Source: Nitrospiraceae bacterium (GTDB taxonomy: Bacteria; Nitrospirota; Nitrospiria; Nitrospirales; Nitrospiraceae). Taken from it: 64,000 nt of DNA. The DNA is taken from assembly GCA_050246315.1 (NCBI GenBank), contig JBFWWG010000001.1, positions 320,001-384,000 on the forward strand. Direction: 5' to 3'. The position numbers and the translations under genes are program-made. Each line of letters begins with the position of its first letter. The stretch's first letter is position 1. This document shows, piece after piece, positions 60,858 to 64,000 of this stretch. The notes below the pieces were generated by a model. The model saw nothing but the letters and a program-made list of their open reading frames with translations, did no database searches and was not told where the DNA came from.

Positions 60858-61247
60858 TTAGGAGGCGCCCGTTAGCAGAGTCCACAGCCTCGGAGTGCGC
60901 AGCACAAGCCCGCCCCATAGAAACACGGCAACATAGACTCCGAACAGGACATGAGTGACAAGCGGACTGCCCACGCGAACATGTGTGGCGACAGCGCCGC
61001 CGAGAAACGCCGTAAGATAAATAGCGCCAAGGATTGAGGTCCTTGGCACCGAATAGAGCACGACCCCCGTCAAGAGAAGTACGCCCAACGGAAAAACGAC
61101 GTTCTCCTGGTATCCCAGTCTTACGGTGCCTTCGACAACGGGGGTGACTTTCAACAATTTGCCAACCGCGTCAACGAGCAAGAACAGGACCGCCAGTCCA
61201 CTCAGTGCTCGTCCGGACCAGAGTTGAACCGCCGATATCGATTCCAT
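60858..61247 (-). CDS. DoxX family membrane protein
   Basis: D...KL, LGY, PRTSILGA..LT..LGGAVATHVR. Confidence 0.88.
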   Translation of the reverse strand: MESISAVQLWSGRALSGLAVLFLLVDAVGKLLKVTPVVEGTVRLGYQENVVFPLGVLLLTGVVLYSVPRTSILGAIYLTAFLGGAVATHVRVGSPLVTHVLFGVYVAVFLWGGLVLRTPRLWTLLTGAS

Positions 61248-61315
61248 GGTGCACCTCCGGGGTTAGCGATAAGCCGCTTTTCATGTCATATTCACTGTAG
61301 TAAGCTACATCTAAT

Positions 61316-61978
61316 ATGCCGAAGAGGTCAAGACGCTATGTATCCCACATACGGAGCCTCGCCGCCGATGCTACCAAGACGCGGGTGCTACGCGCAGCAA
61401 GGACACTCTTTGCGGGCCGTGGCATTGACCGAGTGACCATTGCGCAGATTGCGAAGCAGGCGAAGGTTTCGGTGTCGACAGTTTTTGCCCTCTACAAGTC
61501 CAAAGAGGGCATCCTACGAGGGCTTATTGAGGCGGCGCTCTTCGGCCAGCACTTCCAGGCGGCAATCGCAGGATTGGAGGGCGAGTCTGACCCGGTTAGA
61601 CGGATTGCGCTTACTGCGCACGTTGCCCGAGCCATCTATGAAGCAGAAAGTTCGGAGCTCGGCCTTATACGTGGGGCCTCCGCCTTTTCGCCTGCCCTGC
61701 GAAACCTAGAAACAGAACTGGAAGAGCTCCGCTTCCAGATGCAGAAGGAGCGAGTCACGCTCCTGTTCGCACAATCCAAGCAGCGTAAGGGGTTGACCTT
61801 GGATGAGGCGCGTCGGATCATGTGGATGTACACCAGCCGTGATGTGTATCGCCTGCTGGTCCAGGAGGGCGGTTGGTCGCCGGACCGATATCAGAAATGG
61901 CTATCGACTACCTTGGTTAACGCGCTTGTCAAGCCTTCATCTCGAGGCGTCAGAAAATCGGACGCTGATCCGTTCTAA
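61316..61978 (+). CDS. TetR-family regulator
   Basis: N-terminal HTH (AA..LF...G....TI..IA..A.VS..T.F..Y.SKE); divergent from DoxX. Confidence 0.9.
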   Translation: MPKRSRRYVSHIRSLAADATKTRVLRAARTLFAGRGIDRVTIAQIAKQAKVSVSTVFALYKSKEGILRGLIEAALFGQHFQAAIAGLEGESDPVRRIALTAHVARAIYEAESSELGLIRGASAFSPALRNLETELEELRFQMQKERVTLLFAQSKQRKGLTLDEARRIMWMYTSRDVYRLLVQEGGWSPDRYQKWLSTTLVNALVKPSSRGVRKSDADPF

Positions 61979-62007
61979 TTCAACGAGAGATTTATGTGGC
62001 TGTTTTA

Positions 62008-62064
62008 TGGGGTCGTATATCAGGGTCTGGGGTCGTATATCAGGGTCTGGCATGAGTATTGACT
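62008..62064. repeat. 20-bp tandem duplication plus a 22-mer shared with 47688
   Basis: (GGTCGTATATCAGGGTCTGG)x2 running into GGGTCTGGCATGAGTATTGACT. Confidence 0.75.
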
Positions 62065-62110
62065 TATGGGCCCGCTGAATGTGCGCTCATCCTTCGCGAC
62101 CCTGAGTCCT

Positions 62111-62450
62111 TTATCTGCTGCGCGGCAGGAACGTGGCCGCCTTCGGCGGCGGTCTCCCTGTCATCCCTCTCCTCGTCGAAGCCAGGCTGTGAGTGCCTCG
62201 TACACATGCCGTCTATGACCGACAGCCATCAAGCGGATGATCCGTGCCTTGCGGTCGAGGCATAGACGATCCGGAACCGCCGGACCCGAACCTTCCACAA
62301 GCCGTCCAGTTCCCGCACAAGCGGTTCGCTTGACTCAGGGTTGATCGCAATGGCACGAACAGCCGATTTGATGGGACGCTTCAGGTCTGGGTGAAGAGAG
62401 TGGATCGTCTCAGCGACGCGCGGAGGGATATCGAGACGGAATGCCGTCAC
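62111..62450 (-). pseudogene. RelE/ParE toxin, frameshifted
   Basis: After RFRIVYA one base is missing; the alternative frame continues DRKARIIRLMAVGHRRHVY. Confidence 0.8.
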
Positions 62451-62743
62451 GCGATGCGACGCTTCTTCACCGGGATGATCGGCTCGCCGAAGACATCCTC
62501 GAAGGAAAGACCTTTCTTGCCGGACCGATAGAAAGCCTTGCTCTCGGCGATTTGATCCATCAAAGCGGGATCGCTCAGCACATCAATGGTCTCCTTGAGA
62601 CGCGCATGCTCCTGAACGTTCATGAGGACGGCGGCTGGCCGGCCATTCTTCGTGACAACCACCTCCTCCTCGCGCTCTTCCACCGCAGCCACCAACTCAG
62701 GCAACCGGGCTTTGACCTCGGACAAGGGTAAGGTTTTCGCCAT
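62447..62743 (-). CDS. Phd/YefM antitoxin
   Basis: LSEVKARL.ELV..V......VVVTKNGRPAAVL. Confidence 0.9.
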   Translation of the reverse strand: MAKTLPLSEVKARLPELVAAVEEREEEVVVTKNGRPAAVLMNVQEHARLKETIDVLSDPALMDQIAESKAFYRSGKKGLSFEDVFGEPIIPVKKRRIA

Positions 62744-62762
62744 TGCCCACCTCCAGTTATAT

Positions 62763-62782
62763 GTGACCATAATTCTGGTCAC
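62763..62782. promoter_or_regulatory. Palindromic operator of the phd-relE operon
   Basis: GTGACCA-taattc-TGGTCAC just upstream of the antitoxin RBS. Confidence 0.65.
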
Positions 62783-62848
62783 GACAGCATCAAGCAGGGC
62801 GAGCGCGTCAATCGGCATGTCGGGCGTCCAGCCGATGGTCGCCCCCGT

Positions 62849-63586
62849 TCACGGAATCTGGAGGCCAATGGCAAACGACGCTGCGTAGCCGTTGGCCGCA
62901 GCCGACGGAGCCAGCATGAGCTGATCGCCGCCACGCCGGAAGATCCGATCATGCTGATTGCGTGCGCGGCGAGGCCCTCTCGCGGCATAGGGCGGGTCTG
63001 CATGGACGCGATCCGTCAGCCCATCGTCGAAGTACATTTGCGACGTGAACTCAAAACTTCGCCCAGCCACCGGCGCGGTGCGAATCTTGAAGTGGATATG
63101 TACCGTCCGGCCCTCATACCAGCCTGGGTAGATCGTGATGAACCGGGCCTCGCCCTGCGCGTCGGTGATCTGGTAGCCACGGAAGAACTTCTGGCCGATG
63201 GTGTTGAAATCCGGATCGCGGACATCGGAGTAGATGCCCGTGGCATCACAATGCCAGATGTCGACTTGAGCTCCCGGGAGAGGCCGGCAATCCGTCCCGG
63301 TGATGCGGGACACGTGGAGTGTCAAAGCCAACGGCGTGCCCGGCCGAACGACTCCGTCACCGGGATCAGTCCGGATATCGGATCGATGCAAGCGTTCATC
63401 GACGAAATAGGGACCTTCGGTTTGTTCCGGTCGGATCACACAGGAAGAGTTCGGCGAATCCGCCAAAGCTCGCCGCGGGTTCAGACCGCTCGCCAGCCAC
63501 AGTGCGCCGCCGGCGCCCAGCCATGCCATGACCTCTCGGCGAGAGAGGACGCGGCCGATTGGTGCGTTTTCATGCGTCATGGACAC
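62849..63586 (-). CDS. Intradiol ring-cleavage dioxygenase family protein with Tat signal
   Basis: SRREVM leader; TEGPY, WHCD..G.YS, PGWY..RTVHIH. Confidence 0.88.
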   Translation of the reverse strand: MSMTHENAPIGRVLSRREVMAWLGAGGALWLASGLNPRRALADSPNSSCVIRPEQTEGPYFVDERLHRSDIRTDPGDGVVRPGTPLALTLHVSRITGTDCRPLPGAQVDIWHCDATGIYSDVRDPDFNTIGQKFFRGYQITDAQGEARFITIYPGWYEGRTVHIHFKIRTAPVAGRSFEFTSQMYFDDGLTDRVHADPPYAARGPRRARNQHDRIFRRGGDQLMLAPSAAANGYAASFAIGLQIP

Positions 63587-63966
63587 CGTCTTTCTTTCTG
63601 AGCGCGACGCCTCGCTCGATCTCCTGATCGCAGCCCCCTGAGCCTGGGGCAGCCCCCGTCACAGAGTAAATCCCTCTTTCCGGTTGCGCAAGATCCTATA
63701 CGCTCACTCGTCAGCAATGGATGGGAGAACAGCAGAACACTGACCATGAGTGTCTGAGACGGGAGACCTTCCTCGGCCGCTCGCGCCTGGATATCCGCAA
63801 GATCCAGCGTGGACATGCGGATATTCGCACGCCGCTTCACGGTGGGACTGGCAGTTGCGTATTGACGATATCGACGCAGCGACGCCTCCGAGGTCGCGAC
63901 CGACTTGAGCTCGCCGCGCTCGTACGCGGAGAGAATCCGATTCTCGTAGCGGTCCAGTCTCTTCAT
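63577..63966 (-). CDS. CopG/BrnA-like antitoxin, C-terminus possibly altered
   Basis: E..IL..YERGE.KS...NIR.S..DL..IQ..A.EEGLP.QTL..SVL; upstream KATRDY at the window edge resembles a toxin C-terminus. Confidence 0.65.
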   Translation of the reverse strand: MKRLDRYENRILSAYERGELKSVATSEASLRRYRQYATASPTVKRRANIRMSTLDLADIQARAAEEGLPSQTLMVSVLLFSHPLLTSERIGSCATGKRDLLCDGGCPRLRGLRSGDRARRRAQKERRCP

Positions 63967-64000
63967 TTCTCGCCTCTTCTCCCATAGTCTCGGGTAGCTT

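Overview
High-GC bacterial window; the style of the intergenic repeats and small proteins suggests Nitrospira/Nitrospirota, but this is inference only. No rRNA, tRNA or CRISPR array was seen. From left to right: (1) 1-17.5 kb is an almost entirely minus-strand block. It holds three exported cupredoxin-like proteins, four paralogous exported proteins of unknown function sharing a Met/Cys/His motif, a Cys-rich PAS-LuxR regulator, citrate synthase, a Zn-ribbon miniprotein, an FHA-domain serine protease, a complete A/V-type ATPase operon (G-I-K-E-C-F-A-B-D) and the start of an acyl-CoA dehydrogenase. This paralogue/cupredoxin module is the best candidate for an undescribed system. (2) An MBL hydrolase and an RND pump. 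(3) A ~10 kb AraC-linked aldo-keto reductase/carbonyl-detox island between an IS3 remnant and a MITE; several of its enzymes carry Tat signals. (4) CPA1 and Mrp/Pha cation antiporters, OsmC and rhodanese. (5) Threonine dehydratase with an apparent leader-peptide attenuator, then AlkB. (6) A PQQ module: tetrahaem cytochrome c, Rieske-flavoprotein fusion, pqqABCDE, a permease and a PQQ sugar dehydrogenase. It is flanked by two integron-type gene cassettes with recognisable attC sites but no integrase. (7) Toxin-antitoxin loci with frameshifted toxins, DoxX/TetR and a Tat intradiol dioxygenase. Start codons were often shifted from the ORF track to fit ribosome-binding sites.
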